NCBI GenBank assembly: GCA_904063045.1
Contig: CAJFCJ010000027.1
Coordinates: forward strand, 62,001 to 126,000
Direction: 5' to 3'
Source: Dimorphilus gyrociliatus
Taxonomy: Eukaryota; Animalia; Annelida
DNA length: 64,000 nucleotides
A model generated the notes under the pieces. The model was not told where the DNA came from and did no database searches. It worked only from the letters and a program-made list of their open reading frames with translations. Shown one piece after another: positions 39,654 to 53,764 of this stretch; the stretch's first letter is position 1; every line of letters begins with the position of its first letter. Both the position numbers and the translations under genes were made by a program.

Positions 39654-42600
39654 TGTATATATAGGGATATTGCTACTTGTAAAGTTGGAACAAGTATAGA
39701 ACAATTCCTACTCTTTCAATTAACTTGATACGACACAATATCGGGTTTTGTACTTTAAATACAGATATAATAGTCTGTCTACTCTATATAATATACAAGT
39801 AATATATACAGTATATAGATTAGAAATACTATATTTGTAGATAAGAATTTTGTTTCAAGAATACATATTTACTCAAAGATAGTAAATGGAGAAAGAGACG
39901 AAAGGGAAGGAAGGAGAAAGAATAGATAGATATTGTACACACATAAAGTTTGTATATAGTATCTACTAGGATATCAAACCGCTATATAATCGAGGCGGAC
40001 TTATACATCTATTATTACCAATTTAGTAACTGTTAGAGAAAATACAAACATTCCATAGGGCCACACAACCAAATATCCATATCTGTCTGTCTATCTATCC
40101 ATCTGGTAAAAGAGAAAGAGGGAAAGATTTGGGCATGTGACAAAATTGCCAGGAACAATGGGTGTTCTATTGGGTGTCGACTGATTGTCTGATCGGTAGG
40201 GCAGAGCAAAAAGGACTGGTGTCAACATTTTTTCTACAGTTAAATTTAAACAAATTAACTTACTTATTGGAAAAGATAAACATCAAAGAGATATTAAAGT
40301 AGATCGGAAATCTGCCAAAAAAGATTAGGCGAATGGTGTTTCTTTGAAATACAACGAGGGAGAGAAAACTTGCGCCATAAATAGAAAAATCACAGCGTAA
40401 AAGGACTAACGGTTATCGGTAGAAATTTAAAGCCTAGACGCACGAAAAAGAGACGCTTGGGTACAAATTTTTCGCTTATATAAATAGTGCAAAAAGGGTC
40501 GTTTATCAACGCAAATCGCTCTCAATAGTCGAAACAACAAACTTTAGGGTAGATATCTTATCAGGGGCGGCGACGCCCTTATCGGGAAAGGGAGAACAGA
40601 CTTGTATAAGCAGACGCCGAAATAAGCTTATCTAATCTTCTTATTACACCTTAGAGCAACTCTTGAAAGGGTGGATGCAATTCCGGAGCTATTACGCTAT
40701 TAGGAATAGGTTATATAGCATACTAATAGGAGAAGAGTAAAGGGATGGAAAAGAAGAAGAAGAAGAAGAAGAAATAGATTGTGGAACATTAACGATTGTA
40801 GAGATAGTGGTAGTAATAGTAATGGTAGTAGTAGTAGTTGTTGTAAAATAGTAATGGCATTGGAAGCCGTAAGGGTAATTTAGCGATAATGAATGTTTAC
40901 TGAAAAATTTACATGTGCGCGTAAATCGTTTCGTAACTGCTGCGCTTGTTGACAAGCAGCATGAACGTTTAACGATTTCCATTTTTTTCATCCTTCCTTT
41001 TTTAGAGGTCATGAACTTTATGCTTTGAAAGCGATATTTCAACGTGTTTATGTGTTTTTTCTCTGTGTATTTACACTTTCATTCTTGGATAGGATTTGTT
41101 TATATGCAGTTTTTAGTTACTTCGATTCGTTTGTTTATGCTTTGAAATTTTTGTGTGTAAATATTTCTAAATCGTTATTGGCGAAAGCCTTCATTTTAAT
41201 TTAATATTAAGAAAAATAAAAATGGGCCAGAATGTAAATTCATTAACATCTCGAAATTCTATACTCTCTTATTATTATTATCATTAATACTTGCTTTATA
41301 AACAATCTTTTACAGACAATTCACTCTTTCCTTCTCTCTTCTATCCCTCTCTTCTAGGATTATTCAAAATAAAAGTCCTTACTATCTCTTATCTCGCTCC
41401 CTCTCCCTCTCCCTCTCTCTCTTCGATTGTCACTCTTTCGCCGTCTATGCGCTGCTGCCGTATAATTATTACAGGTGTTATTATACTCATCCAGGGGTGA
41501 GGATAATGGGCACGTTTGAACAGATGCGAATGTTTATAGAAAGCGACTATACGATCGAATCATAGCATGATTGATGAATTTATAAGTGGAGAGAGGCCAA
41601 GTGAAAGGAGCATAAGTTAAGTATAGCTCCAGCAGATGGTTTTCCAGCCAAATTACTTAAATATTTATGTTACGCTACGAAATTTTGTAATTGACCGAAT
41701 AAAATAGACAAATTCCTGTATACTTGTTAAAACAATTCAATAACTAAATGAATATATATATATATATTCTGTATACTGTATATACTGTAAACAGTGCTGC
41801 TCTATCTTCCGTCTATCTCTATCTTTATCTCTCCTCTTACCTTCGCCTATTGTTGTTCATTATTAATTGATTTATTCTTTTTAGTAAAGAGCAATCTATC
41901 TATTTATATACACCCACGCCTAATGCCACCCAACAATCAAAGGTCGACGCTGAACAACCCCAAGACAACCTCTTTGCATCTCTAAGTAGAATTTGTATTG
42001 TTTGCTAACCCGTCGCCTTGCCGAATGTCAATAAATATTGGGTGAAAATAGGCCAAGGGGCGTCTAAACTCCCCAAAAAGTGTTTACGTAGAATGGAAGT
42101 GAGTTTTAAAAATTCTCAAAGGGATAAGCAATGGGCTCAGTTCGATGATTGTGTAGTTAGGTCACGATCGAATAGCAATGTAATCAGCCGACACTGAGAA
42201 ATTTTGCCAATATTTTCTTTTCTCATCTTATCTCTACCTAGTTGTATTTCTCTCTTGATAATATTTGCACTTGACTGTCTAAGTGGACTAGGATCGTATA
42301 GATAGACAGATAAAGAGAGTGAGAGAGGGTGAGTGAGAGAGCGAAAGAAAGAGAGATCAAGAACGAAAAGGTAAAGATGATCAAGATAGTTTAAAAGAAA
42401 TTATCCATTCGGTAAGACTAAGAGAAAAGGAATGTATACAGTATTTATATACATTTCATTCATTTATTATTCATCTCCCCTAAATCATTGTCTTTCATTT
42501 AAGGCTTGTTTATCTTGAGCAATTAGTCGAGAATGAAATTGGCGTCTCTAACCAGTTGATGCTTTACCAATTAACTAATTATGTTTGACATATGGCTGCA

Positions 42601-43808
42601 TCTCATTTAATTCGTTGTATAAATAGACCACCGTCGTTTTTGCTCATTTAAAAACACCGACCACCCCTAAACAATATATCAAACTTCAACCCGCACCTTT
42701 GCCCACATGAGCCTTCTAACCGACGTTCCACCGATCGAATACACGTGTACAGCACAAATCTAAACATATGCACTAAGCCCTTGTTTGTTCGGTAGTTCTT
42801 GTTACATTTCATGCTAAGGGGTGATTTGCACAGGTCACGTGATGATCCCTTTTCTCGGCTAGTCAAGCATCTGGTAAAGGGTGAAAAAAGAAGAGGGGCA
42901 AAAAAATAAAAGAGCGACGAGAGAGATAAAGAGAAAAGAGCTGTGTTAGGGCGACGAGGGGGCAGAATCGAACAATAATTCAATAGTTATCCCGCTCTAT
43001 TATTCCTGTATCAAATATCGGCTTATATTTCATTTTCGATCTTATCTGTCGTCTGTCTAGCCCGACTAATTAGGTGATTTAAAACTCCCGCAACATTTCA
43101 CGCCCAGTCAACCAATCCGGAAATTGAACATTGATGCTTGAATGAAAAACGATTGCGTAATTTCGTTTATAGATTTTACGTAAGATTATACTAAATAGAG
43201 TGGTGGACGCAGAGCAACGGCAGAGAGAAAGGGAAAGATGAAAAGCTTAGAGAATAAAAGAATGGAACAAGAGTGAAATAGACGGCAAGAGGCGTTTCGA
43301 ATTGTTTTCATTAGCTACGTCAATTCCTTTTTGAGTTGAGCCTAAAGAAGAACGAAATAAACAAAAGCCCAATTGAATGTTGTAATAGTACTTTCTAGCT
43401 GATCCCAGCTAAATTGTTTTGGGAAGAATAGGTAAAGAAGCGCAGTCAATTTTTCAACGTATCCTATAGTCTTATTTTTCAATTTTATAACCCAGATGCC
43501 CCATTTAAAGTGGACATTCAGGATAATCTATTACTGTCTTTATCATTGAAAGTAGTTGGCCGAAAGCAAAAGGCGATAAATTAAAGCTTAAGAAGCGCTA
43601 AAAAGAACGGGAAGATTTTGACTTCTAAAGGATTTTGAAGTGAATTGAAGATAAAGTTGTAGGTTTTTAACAAGCTTGTAACGAAATAAGTCCAGCCAAC
43701 TCTTATTTTTTTATGTCATAACTTAATCTAAGCCTTTTTCTCCACTTAAAACATTTTTCTCACTCTTCGTATTAATTCTGAATGATTAATATCAAAAGAA
43801 AGGCATAT

Positions 43809-43853
<45 letters not shown>

Positions 43854-46558
43854 GTGTCTGTAATACTGTAGTCTACGCCCACTGTTCTCTCCATACTATG
43901 TCTATTGTTTCCACCTTAATTGTCATCTATACAAACGCCATTTGGCTGTACATACACACATAGATATACATACTAATACATACATACAGACATATACATA
44001 TATATAGACATACGCTTATAGATATTTACTGTAAAAATAAATACAGTATATACTATATATACTATTTAGCGTATTTTGTATACATTAGACATTATTCGTA
44101 TATAGAGCATATATACACTCTATCCATTCTATAGGAAACATATGTGACAAACTGCAAATGACAAACTCGATCCGCTAACATTTGGAGAAGATTGCGAGAA
44201 AATGTAAATTTTCTACGCTTAGAGAGGTGACGCTCAAACGAACGGATGAAGGGATGATAACTATATCAACACTATCTGAAGAGAGTCAACCAGACAAAGA
44301 TTCTTCCGTATAGACAACTGACAGATAAGCTCATGATGCATCTGCTACAACAGATGCAGGTGACAGATGCGCGAAAAATTTACAGATTACAGCACTCAAA
44401 CGTCTCCCGCAGCGACGAGAGATTCGAGTGTTTGTCAAGTAGAATTTTGGGATAGGGCCAAAACTCTTTCACTTTCCTTCGCTTTTTTTTCGCTCTCTCT
44501 TCCCTTTTTTGGTGAAAAATTAATTGCAGATTATGCATAGTCACGTAGGAATCGGCGGATGAGAGGCTTAACGTAGCTTTCTCAATTCGGTTTGGCGCCG
44601 AACTTTGTAATTGATTGCCGTGAGACGACGATTCGTTTCGAGTTGGAATGCGTGAGAGGAATTGGCCGAATTAGGTCGGGTGACTTTGATTAGATTAAAT
44701 ATATTATTGACTGATCTAGTAGAGCATTTGAAGGTGCTATGTGGGAGGGCGTGGGGAAAGGGCGGGGTAGTGGCGTTGTGAGGAAGGGGGAGGGGGAAAG
44801 TGGCTCTAGTTAGTTTAGTAATCTTCTTCTTTTTAAAAATTTTCATTAGAATTAGGTTGTTTTATTTGCTGTCTATGCATACGCCTCTTTCTCTATTAAT
44901 CTATCTGTCCATCTATCTCTCTCTCTATCTCTCTCTCTATCCTCTCCTATCCTATCTTCTCTTTATTTTTTGGATATTCTATTAATATTCATGAGTAGAC
45001 GGGTTAATAGAATGTTGTTTTTAAATTATTTAAGAGCGACTGCGGAAATTGTATGAGAAGGGAATAAAATCGGCACGTTTTTCATGTCAACATGGCCCAT
45101 TATTATCATTCATTGAATTTTCAAAGAGATTGAGTGATACGAAAAAATGACTTATTGTTAAAAGTTGAATGAGAATTGTAAATATAAGGCCAAAACTTTA
45201 AAATTGAAATAAAATGGTTTTGAAAATTATTTACTAGACAAATTAAGGTTGAATTGATGTGGAATTTAGAATGGATAAAAGACCGATTAGGTTGGATAAA
45301 AGGACTAACGGACTCTATTCGAAACTGTCTTACTATAATTTTTATCACTTTATATAATTTTCATTATTAAGCGTATTCAATTTTATTTTGCCCTTCCAAC
45401 TAACTTATTGTCGAGTGTTAGGGCGTGCTGAGAGCAGACGAAGAGGGAGAGACAGAGAGAGAGAGAGCGACAGTAAGAGGGCTACGAAGCTAGCTGGTCA
45501 GCGTGGTATATATGCGCTTAGGGGTAGGTGGGGATAAAAACCCGACATACGGCGTTTAATGACGCTGCGAATGAGGGGAAAATTTGCCAAAAAGATTAAT
45601 TATTTTCCAATATTCGGATTAGCTACTCAATATCTAAATTGAATGGAACGTCCGCCTCTTTCTCGGTGCTCTTTCCCTTTGACACGCAATTATTTTGACA
45701 ATCTCATTCCTGATCGTTTGTTTTTAAACGTGGAAAAATAATCGCGTTTAGCGAGATAAGCCGAACTGTTTAGTGTTTGCATTCGGCTCGAGATTGATGA
45801 CTTTGACCTTTTTTTACCGCGTGTTGAAGGCAAATAGGCTTGTTCCACTGCATTGTCTACGTTAATTCAATTCAATAAACAAGTTTTACCATGATTACGC
45901 CTTAGTCATTGTCTCTCTCACTCTTTCTTTCTCCGTCTACCTCTCTCATTCTCCCTAACAACAATGTTTACATTGTGGGGGGATAAATAAGATAAAAAGT
46001 CCGCTAGTCTTATGGTATTTCGCCTAGTTAGCCAAATGACCTGCTAGAGGCGGTGATTGGAGACGAGAAATTTGAAACCTTCTTCTTTATTAATAACTGA
46101 GAAGGGTATATTATATATTTTATACCAACTTGTATATACCTATTTGTTACCTAAATAACTATAAGGCATAGGTCAAGATCCAAAAATAGTGAATTAGTAT
46201 TGAAATTCTTTAAGGTTTTTGCCATCGGCTTCGATCATTTTATCTTTTTAATAAAAAGTGTCAACGACTAAAACACAAACACACACACTCAGCTTGATAT
46301 CCGGCTCGGATTCGTGCGAAATCTCCTTTAAACGACTCAACTTTAATTGTTTTTTTTTCACCATATCTCTCTCTTCTTTTGTGTCTCTCTTATACTCCAT
46401 CCCTCTCTCTTTGCTCGCTCACTTACTTAATTATAATTATCCTCATTTAGCACTACATGTCCTAGGGAACAATAGAAGGGAACAGCGTAAACAATAAGGT
46501 AGAACCAATTAGTAGATAGGAAGGATTAACGTAGAGGAAAAGAGTGCCAGAGAGCGAG

Positions 46559-46589
<31 letters not shown>

Positions 46590-49396
46590 AGGAAAAGGAA
46601 GAATGTTAAATGTGAAAACAAATCGCATTACCGACATTTCGCAGCGGTTATCTTGTTCACATACTGCGACACTCGAAATTAATTACCGCAATTTCTCAAT
46701 ATCCAATTCGTAATCCGTTATAAAATGCCATATTAAACCGAAAAAGAAGTGAAAATCAAATACAATTCATTCAAATCATTTTCCTATCTGTTTCTCACTC
46801 TTTATCAAGTTTCGAATGGAATAAATAATAATATAATATGATGTCAGTTTTCTATCATTTTTGCGTCGCTTCCTCTTCTTTTTAATTACTATTCTATATA
46901 TCAAAAGGGTTTTGCCTATTATCGTTTTGATAGTTATTCTACTGCCCTTTTATCGTTGTTCCCTCGGTACTCCTAATTAATACACCCAATTAGACTCTCT
47001 GTCGACTGCTTCAGCTATTTTTCTACAATAGTCGCCATTACAGAAATTTTTCGCCCAATTTGCTTCCAACAAACCCCGATTACGCAACATCAAAAGAATC
47101 GGCGACTGTAGTTTGTCCTTTACGGTCGACTGACTTGTAAGATGTCAAGATAAGAAGGCTTTACTAGTATTTTTTAGGGTCTAATAGTCACGTATAATAT
47201 GTACTGAACGCTCTATGACGTAAAGAGAAAAAGCATACAACTGGCAACTAGTGTAATTAATTCGGTTATTGTATAGGCAGACATTTCCGTTCAAGTAATC
47301 TCTCATTTAGGGCAAATACACAACAAATAAACAGTACAAGAGAATAGGAAGAGCGTGCCACAATATACGTATAAAGACGTAAACGTGCTCCAAACGTAGC
47401 AACGCCAACAGCTTACAAACTACTGTATTTGCTGTTTATTGTATACAATTTTTCATTTTCTGACTTTTGGCCGAAAAGAGCAGCTGTAATACTCATTGAT
47501 ATAAAGAGAAAGAAGAAGGAAGAGAAAAAGAGGAAGAAGAAGAGAAACACAAGAATTAGATGAGCAATGTTCCAAACCAATATCTAATCATACATACAAG
47601 CCTACATATACGTACATATGTACATACATCCATCACACTTCTACGCATTTTTACACATTCGTTCTATATTTGTACCGAACCTCAACTATGCATACTCTTC
47701 TAAAATATCTCCTATTCGACTGCTATTACTCGTACTAGTTACCGGAAGTTTCCCGTCCATTCATACGGGTATATCGAGTTTCCTTTACGTTGTTACTATT
47801 AATAAAGGATGCATGAATTTGAAAGAAATGAGAAAAGAAGAAGGCGAGAAAAAAAAATGGGAGAAGTTGTTTGGAACGTTTTGTGAGTTTTTTTTCATTC
47901 TTTCTTTTGTCGATGATAGAGAAATTGGATGAGTTTGTAATAAAAACATAATAAAATATTTGTCAATTTGTTTCGAATGCTAAATGCTTTTCTAATGGGA
48001 TTTCGAAGCGTTCATACGTATCCAATTGGTAAAGATGCGCCATCAATTCACCTCGGTCAAACATTCTCACCATGACGACCGTAGTAAACCGTAAAAACTA
48101 AATAAATATAAATTCTAACCTTGACACTTTATCAAACATATAAAGCGGCCCATTAGAACTTTGAAAAGAACACTTGAAAGGTAAATAAATTGCATTTTGC
48201 CATTGGCGAGTACTATATATATATAAATATAAATATAAATATATATGCATATTGCGTATACATATATGAGATATAAGCCAGTACGCGATATTCCAATACT
48301 CAATCATAATATAACTATCCAACACAAGGGAGAGTTTATACCGATTATGTCGAGATTATGAGATATATAGTATATACATAAACAGAGAATGTTCGGAACA
48401 CACCTTATGTAATGTATATAGTATATACTATATGCAAAGTATGCGGTATTGTTTTATGTGTTTATGTATACATCATTTAGAATATATATAGAAAAGCATA
48501 TAATTAATTATATATTATATACTGCATAATGTGCTTAATAATGAATATTTTCTATACAAGAATGAATAAGCCCCTGGCTCAAAAAAAAAACAAATGTACT
48601 ACTAAATTGTAATACTGCAAAATAGTGACAAAGTAAAGAGAGAGAGAGAGAGAGATATCCACCGAAGGTTGTATATTAAGTACATTCAGTACGGTTTATA
48701 AGGGTTTTTTTTCAATATATTTAATGCATGCAAGTACTAGATAAGTATTTATATTCGAAATGGAATATAATAGTACTATTGTATAACATTAAACAGACTA
48801 AACACCGATATCATTAATTTCTTGCAAATATAAACATAATCGACGGCCTGCCAAACGCGGAGATAAGCATCTGATTATTTCTCCTGTTAAACAATTCGCT
48901 ATTTTATTCTGGGTCATGAATTAACGTAAATAATCCTTCGGGCAATATTCGAGACGGATAAGGGAGGGATGAGTTGGTTGTGAAAAAGCGACTGTATTAA
49001 TTTTCTTTTTAACAATAACGTACATCATCATTCGATAGTCTAATAGAAGTATGCTAATTAACCATCTCTTTCTTTAGACTAGTTTTCGCTAATTATCCGC
49101 TAAGACTGCCAGCCATCTTTCAACAATCTCTCGAGTAATTTTTCACTATATTTTCTCTATTCTCGCAGAAAGTGGGCGAAAGGGAAAGTGTACGAGAGAA
49201 CAGAGATACGAGCAAAAGAAGGAGAAGAACAGAGAGAAAATCGTTGACGACATATTAATTATTCGTAAAATCATTGAATAATGAAAATAGTTTCTATCCA
49301 ATAGAATAGTTTATCCTCTTAACAAATTATATGTAATTGTTCAGTAGGTGATTTATAACCTGAATAGCTATAGACGTTATACCCCCCACCCCCAAC

Positions 49397-49436
<40 letters not shown>

Positions 49437-52400
49437 CTCCATACGCTAGGTAGTCGCCCCTTTTCGCTCTACCACCCTACCTTTACTCCTTCGGGGCCGT
49501 CTGCCAGTGGAAACTTGAGAAAGAACTTTACAAGTTTTTCCTATTCGGTACGAATTGTAAATAATACAAAAAGAGAAAAGTATGTTCAAGTTGGCGTATA
49601 ATCCGGGCATCCGGCTTAATCCTATATAATTTTATTAGATTTACGTTAATCTATAAAAATACGCTTAAATTGATAATATAAATATTATCGGTTGAATGGA
49701 GAAAGAGAGAGAAAGAGCAAGAGAAGGAATAATTTTACTGAATGAATATACTATATAGACTTTATATACAGTGTATATTCTATACACGGCGAAAAAGCGT
49801 AGCCTATAGGTTGTTGTGTTATATTATTTTTCCCCTTTTTCTGTTATAGGCCTATTCTTAAAGGAAATGCCGAATTCCGGCGGTTTGCGAAACGTTGTAT
49901 TCAATTTCGATTGATTTCATTTAGATTGCTTTGACGGTAACTGTTGAAGACGTCACCTAACAAGAGGCGGCAATACATTATGAAATTTTGGTCCCTCCTA
50001 AGAATTCGTAAGCGTAGACAGTTTTATTGGGAACGATAGTTTTTTGCCCCTAGCCTATCAGTCTTGCTCCGTCAGAGCCCTACCCTATTCGAAAAAGCAA
50101 AAAGCAGTAAATAACATCAGTTCATCACTCGACACCCTTCCTCAAAAACATGCTAATTAAGCCACTATTCGAATCAACAAGGTCATAAGACGACGGGCAA
50201 ATTAGAAACAAAAAAATCGTCTAGTTTTGCACCGAGGAATTTTTTTCCCTCCTTTAGTTTGCTTTTGACTCGTGGTTTGTTTTTTATCTCGTTTCCTTAT
50301 CGGCCCACGTGTTTGCGCTTAGATTTCAAACTTCCTCTATTAAGTTCGCCTTAATTAATCCTACTGCTAATAATTACTGCGGATGGAAAAAATTCTAGAC
50401 AAACTGGCATGGTCTAAATCAAAATTCCAATGTTTTGTATATTCTTTATCACTTAACATTCATTTAAGGAAAGCATTCAACGCCTAAACAGATTGAGAAT
50501 AGGGGAAATTTTGCCGCTCTTTTTTTTTGTTCATTTAGAGGTGGGCGGTAAAGGGGTGGACGAATGATGGCCCATCTAAAGGTTACTTTATAGATTTTTA
50601 ATTACTATGCCTTTCTGCATTTAATTCGCCACTTTGAATAACTTGCAAAATTTTTTATAAGCAAATCTGATAGGAAGCGGCGCATAAAGTCACCTGTCAT
50701 TGTTAACAAAGACTGCATTTTATACTCGAATTACTTACTTTTAGGGTTTGCACAATAAGTAAAGAAGAAGAAGGAAAATAAGGAAAATAGGCCTAGAATG
50801 ATTGGTCGAATTATAAATAAAGAAAAGAGTAAAGTTGGCAACTTTTGGCCAAGTTGCCCTCAAATTTTCCTATTTAGTCTATGTTTTTCTTCACTTCAGA
50901 AGAGTAAGAAAGAATGTAAGAAAGAAAGAATTTTTCATTTCCCGTCATATCATTTCTTCTTCTTTTTCTTTTTATATTCGCTGTTTTGTTAGTTTATTAA
51001 AGTCTCGTGAAGGAAAAAAGTATGTGCAATACTTCAAAGTCGAGATCAGATCGCTTAAAATGCATTAAGTTTAATGGTAACAATCGATATTTATCAATTT
51101 TATCGCTAGTAAATCAAAATGTTATTGTCGTAAGTTTTTTTTAAGAGGAGAATTTCAGCATTTTTTCAAGAAGACATTTTTTTTAACACATGTTTAGCTT
51201 TCGTTTTTTATTGGTTCGATAAGTGTTCAAGTACCTTCCACTCACACTTTTCTCTTTACATTCCTCTCTGCTCTTTTTACTTTGGTTTAACCGCCGTCTC
51301 AACTCGGTCCCTCACTCACCACCTCCTCCTCCTTCAACTATATTAAAACGGGTAAAAAGAGAGAGAGAGAGAGATGGGGTGGGGGGGGGGAGGGGGCGAG
51401 AAATGAAAAGACGGAAATGGTATATATAATAGTATATATATAGAAAGAAACAAGAATAGAGGAAGAAATTAAAGATTATATATACTTTACCAAAAAAAGG
51501 GGATAGATACATAAAACCATTTTCCTTCTTTACTTATTGGGATAAGGATAAAAAAGGGAGAGAAGAGTGTAAAGAAAAGAGAGAAAAGGTCGAAGGGTAG
51601 AAATAAAAAAAAAGAGAGACAGAATGATAGAAAGAGAAAGAGAGAGAGAGAAAAAGAGAAAAATACTATTAAAAATTCCCCTTGAACGTATGTTTATATA
51701 CTGTTCATTGAATTGGACTCGATAACTATCGTAAATTATTTATTTAAAAAAGCAATGACAAGCTACCCTCACTTGAAATGCGAGACGCGTTCAAGCATTG
51801 TTTATATTTATGGATACGGTCGGGTCGAGCGCGCCTGTTCAAAAGAAATGGTGAACAACTGCAAAATCAATAAAAATACTGTTACACTAAAACCTTAAGT
51901 ATATGACTTGGGGTCGTTATAGAATTTTTATCAAGAATAGACGACAGACGATAGGCAAAGTGACTAAAAAATTTACGAAATAAGGTTAAGATTGAAAAGG
52001 TTAAAAGGAGCATCTCGCAAGATCCATTAGATCTGAGGGACGGCGTTGAAACATACGAAATAGGGAATAACCAACAAAAGAAAAAAGGGGTTAGCCATAA
52101 AGGAAGCGACAGTTGTATAAAATTTCTTTTGAACAATAAAAAAGAATGCGTAAAAAAGTAGAAGAGTCTCCTTCTTGGTTTCTCTATACTTCGTATATAT
52201 ATATATATAATTTATATATATATATATATATTGTATATATGTATGTATGTATGTATGTATGCCTTGCCTATTGATATATCGCTTTCTCTCTCTCTCTCTC
52301 TCTCTTCTCTCTTTCTATCTCTCTCTTACACTTTAAGTACAATAAGCGATTTACGAGTATTAAATCATGTTTTAGAGAGGATTGTATAGGAACACTTATT

Positions 52401-52946
52401 GTTGAGATTAAAAATATCTCTAAGCTATATATCATTATTGGTTGCCTCTCTGTATTTTGTTTGTCGATATTAAATACTAGAGCATCGGCTTACGGTGGCA
52501 AGTTTGCCTTTAGCTGTTGTAAAGTTTTCGTAAAAAAGAACTAGACTCGATGAAAATTTGACGAATTCATAAACAGAATAGAGAAAAGAGCGTTTATGAA
52601 TAATTTAATTAACAAAAGAGATCTAATCAAAATTTTATGGAAAGTAAATGAATTTGAATATATTTTACTCTCTCCTCATTACTAGGAAGTATAAACGTGC
52701 AGAGAAAGGGACGAGGGGGCGGGAGGAGGTGGGAGGAGGTGAGAAAGAAACGACTCTATTAACCGGTATAAGGTAGCGGTTTCAATACAAACCGACCAAA
52801 TAGTCCAATAAACTTTTTATGGCGAATTTCACAAGAGATCTTAAACTCTAAAATATCCCTTGATCAAACAATCTATTTACGTTGAAAACAGCGTCGGAAT
52901 GCTCTTCAGAATCCCTTTTCTCCCAGTCTGTCTGTTCACGTAACTA

Positions 52947-52977
<31 letters not shown>

Positions 52978-53446
52978 AGTAGAAAGAGTTCACAAAGACG
53001 AAGAAATAGCACCCTCTTAGATTATAATTATTAATATTCATTTTACGATTTGCGCCTTGAATGGATTAATGAGATTTTTATCATTTCTTTTCTTAGTTCA
53101 ATTAATGAATAAATCCTTATCTTCTTATATCACAATATATAAATATATATATATAGATAGATAGATATATAGATTTAAAACCTACAAATTTGTTCTGAAG
53201 TACACTTATTCATTGGTAATTCTATTCTTTGCACTATCTTTGTCCTTTTACTCTATTGACTTAAACTAATACTATTAATTCTCTACTCACCGCTAACGTT
53301 CTTCGATGTAACTCACTCCAACAAGAAACTTGGCATCTCGCTCGAAACATAACGTTCTTAACACTAGTTATATCCGAACTTGTCGCTTTCATCACTAGAA
53401 TTAATAGAATCCAAGTAAAGTTTGTTATTCTTTTGAAAAATTTCAT
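20785..53446 (-). CDS. ANOS1: Anosmin-1/KAL-1-like secreted protein, 710 aa: signal peptide, Cys-rich domain, 4 FnIII, hydrophobic C-tail, no WAP; complement join(53291..53446,30209..30280,23603..23662,23411..23510,22698..23344,22353..22455,22077..22276,21701..21887,21369..21589,21120..21279,20785..21011)
   Basis: Signal peptide, then RARCQVSC...C..DANCKS|CLQPC...CEELC...SCKVSC, matching the anosmin Cys-rich domain (RARCASRC...C....QC..CLEPC...C...C...C..SC). FnIII repeats follow, including the anosmin-typical [12 protein letters not shown]...FSTGSC...C. All 10 introns are GT-AG and phase-consistent (2133 nt). Confidence 0.88.
24224..24300. repeat. Imperfect (GGAT)n/(AGAT)n tetranucleotide tract
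   Basis: Read directly. Confidence 0.9.
39619..39652. repeat. (TA)17 microsatellite
   Basis: Read directly. Confidence 0.95.
43813..43851. repeat. (TC)19 microsatellite
   Basis: Read directly. Confidence 0.95.
49401..49432. repeat. (CT)16 microsatellite
   Basis: Read directly. Confidence 0.95.
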
Positions 53447-53756
53447 CTTCTTTTTTCTTTTTGCTTTGGGCCTATTTCTCTCTTCAAACTTGTATATTCA
53501 TATATATACTTTCATACGCGCTGAATAGGCTTAATCAAAACAATATATCTCGCTTTCTGGTTGGTTTATTATTAAATTATTATTGTTAAAAAACGGCAAC
53601 GATGCAGACGTTCATCGCGTCAGAAGCTTCGTCGCTAGACTGTCGAGCAACTTTCCTATTCTTTGCACTATTTAGTAGGGTAGCCAGTTCCGTAGAGGAG
53701 TATATCGAAGAGAATTGAGTCGGCGAGCAAGTAACCGAACTTTACCAGCTTCCGTT

Positions 53757-53764
53757 GATTGGCT
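53757..53764 (-). promoter_or_regulatory. Candidate NF-Y CCAAT box (AGCCAATC) upstream of the anosmin start
   Basis: About 310 nt upstream of the ATG at 53446, next to a CpG-richer stretch. Motif match only. Confidence 0.3.

Noticed and set aside
26000-53000. Dozens of 60-110-aa ORFs rich in SLSL, YIYI, IHPS and ERER
   Set aside because: Stop-free translations of microsatellites.
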